Source: Ylistrum balloti
Lineage: Eukaryota
Direction: 5' to 3'
Length of the DNA stretch: 64,000 nucleotides
Assembly: GCF_031769215.1 (NCBI RefSeq)
Contig: NW_026782156.1
Coordinates: 62,001-126,000 of the forward strand
Shown piece by piece: positions 63,441 through 64,000 of the stretch. Made by a program: the position numbers and the translations under genes. The notes below the pieces were generated by a model. It ran no database searches. It saw only the letters and a program-made list of their open reading frames with translations, and was not told where the DNA came from. Position 1 is the stretch's first letter; the number at the start of each line of letters is the position of its first letter.

Positions 63441-63705
63441 TTTTTGCTAACCAGACTTCTTATTTTTTAATAGACCTGATATTTATAAAAAATCATTGGA
63501 ATTATTGAAAAGATTTAACATATTTGACAGTTCTGACTTTATAAATTCGGAAGTGGGTTAACGTCAGGAGAAATGACGTTGCCATACACCGATCTTTGTT
63601 GAAAGTTTTAGTTTTCGACCGAACACAATATCGTGAATCTTCGTTAACACGAACGACCTTGACCCAGTTCAAGTATAACTACTGATTTTTTTAGCTTCGA
63701 ATCAT

Positions 63706-63746
63706 CATTTCATCCGAAGAAGATATAATTGACGCCGGATGAAATG
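63706..63746. other. 11-bp inverted repeat after a T run, possibly a non-autonomous transposon end
   Basis: catttcatccg ... cggatgaaatg, preceded by ttttttt. Confidence 0.5.
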
Positions 63747-64000
63747 GCATCGCCCACAGCAAGTATTACCGCCATATGAGATGAAAACAATTATAAGTTT
63801 TAGTTAGAACGTCTGCTTTCTTCACAATGTACCCATGAATCTATAACCACACGAAAACCGAAATAAGGCGAAACTTCAACACGAGACTCGTATTTCTCAT
63901 AACGTTCAAATGAACAAAGAAATCAGTTGTTGTTAATTGGATCGTATAGAAACAGAGATTGGCCTACGTAAGTTTTAATTGGCAAAGAAATCGATTTTTA

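Overview
AT-rich eukaryotic genomic DNA, probably a mollusc and most likely a bivalve (inferred from an Aplysia-like PKA exon and bivalve-type SINE motifs). Most of the window is the 5' part of one minus-strand gene, the cAMP-dependent protein kinase catalytic subunit (PKA-C). Constitutive exons 2-5 and two mutually exclusive 127-nt copies of exon 6 lie at 1.8-9.3 kb; exon 7 onward is not seen and presumably lies beyond the left edge. The main result is that exon 2 appears to be fed by an array of alternative first coding exons spread over about 43 kb, all ending in phase 1. These are the myristoylatable N1 (12.7 kb), an Aplysia N2-like His-rich exon (55.7 kb), and four further candidates: MVDDAEPFPPA (14.4 kb), a 75-aa exon ending in LWD with an RRAA pseudosubstrate-like motif (20.3 kb), MSKNSKKSSGSKDKDL (33.3 kb) and MAEEF (43.3 kb). 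The 46-kb first intron also holds seven minisatellite arrays (one rich in CRE-like TGACATCA), tRNA-derived SINEs, MITE/fold-back elements, hints of antisense spliced transcripts and one assembly gap. No rRNA, tRNA gene or CRISPR array was found. All alignments were done by eye and comparisons to other species are from memory, so they need database confirmation.
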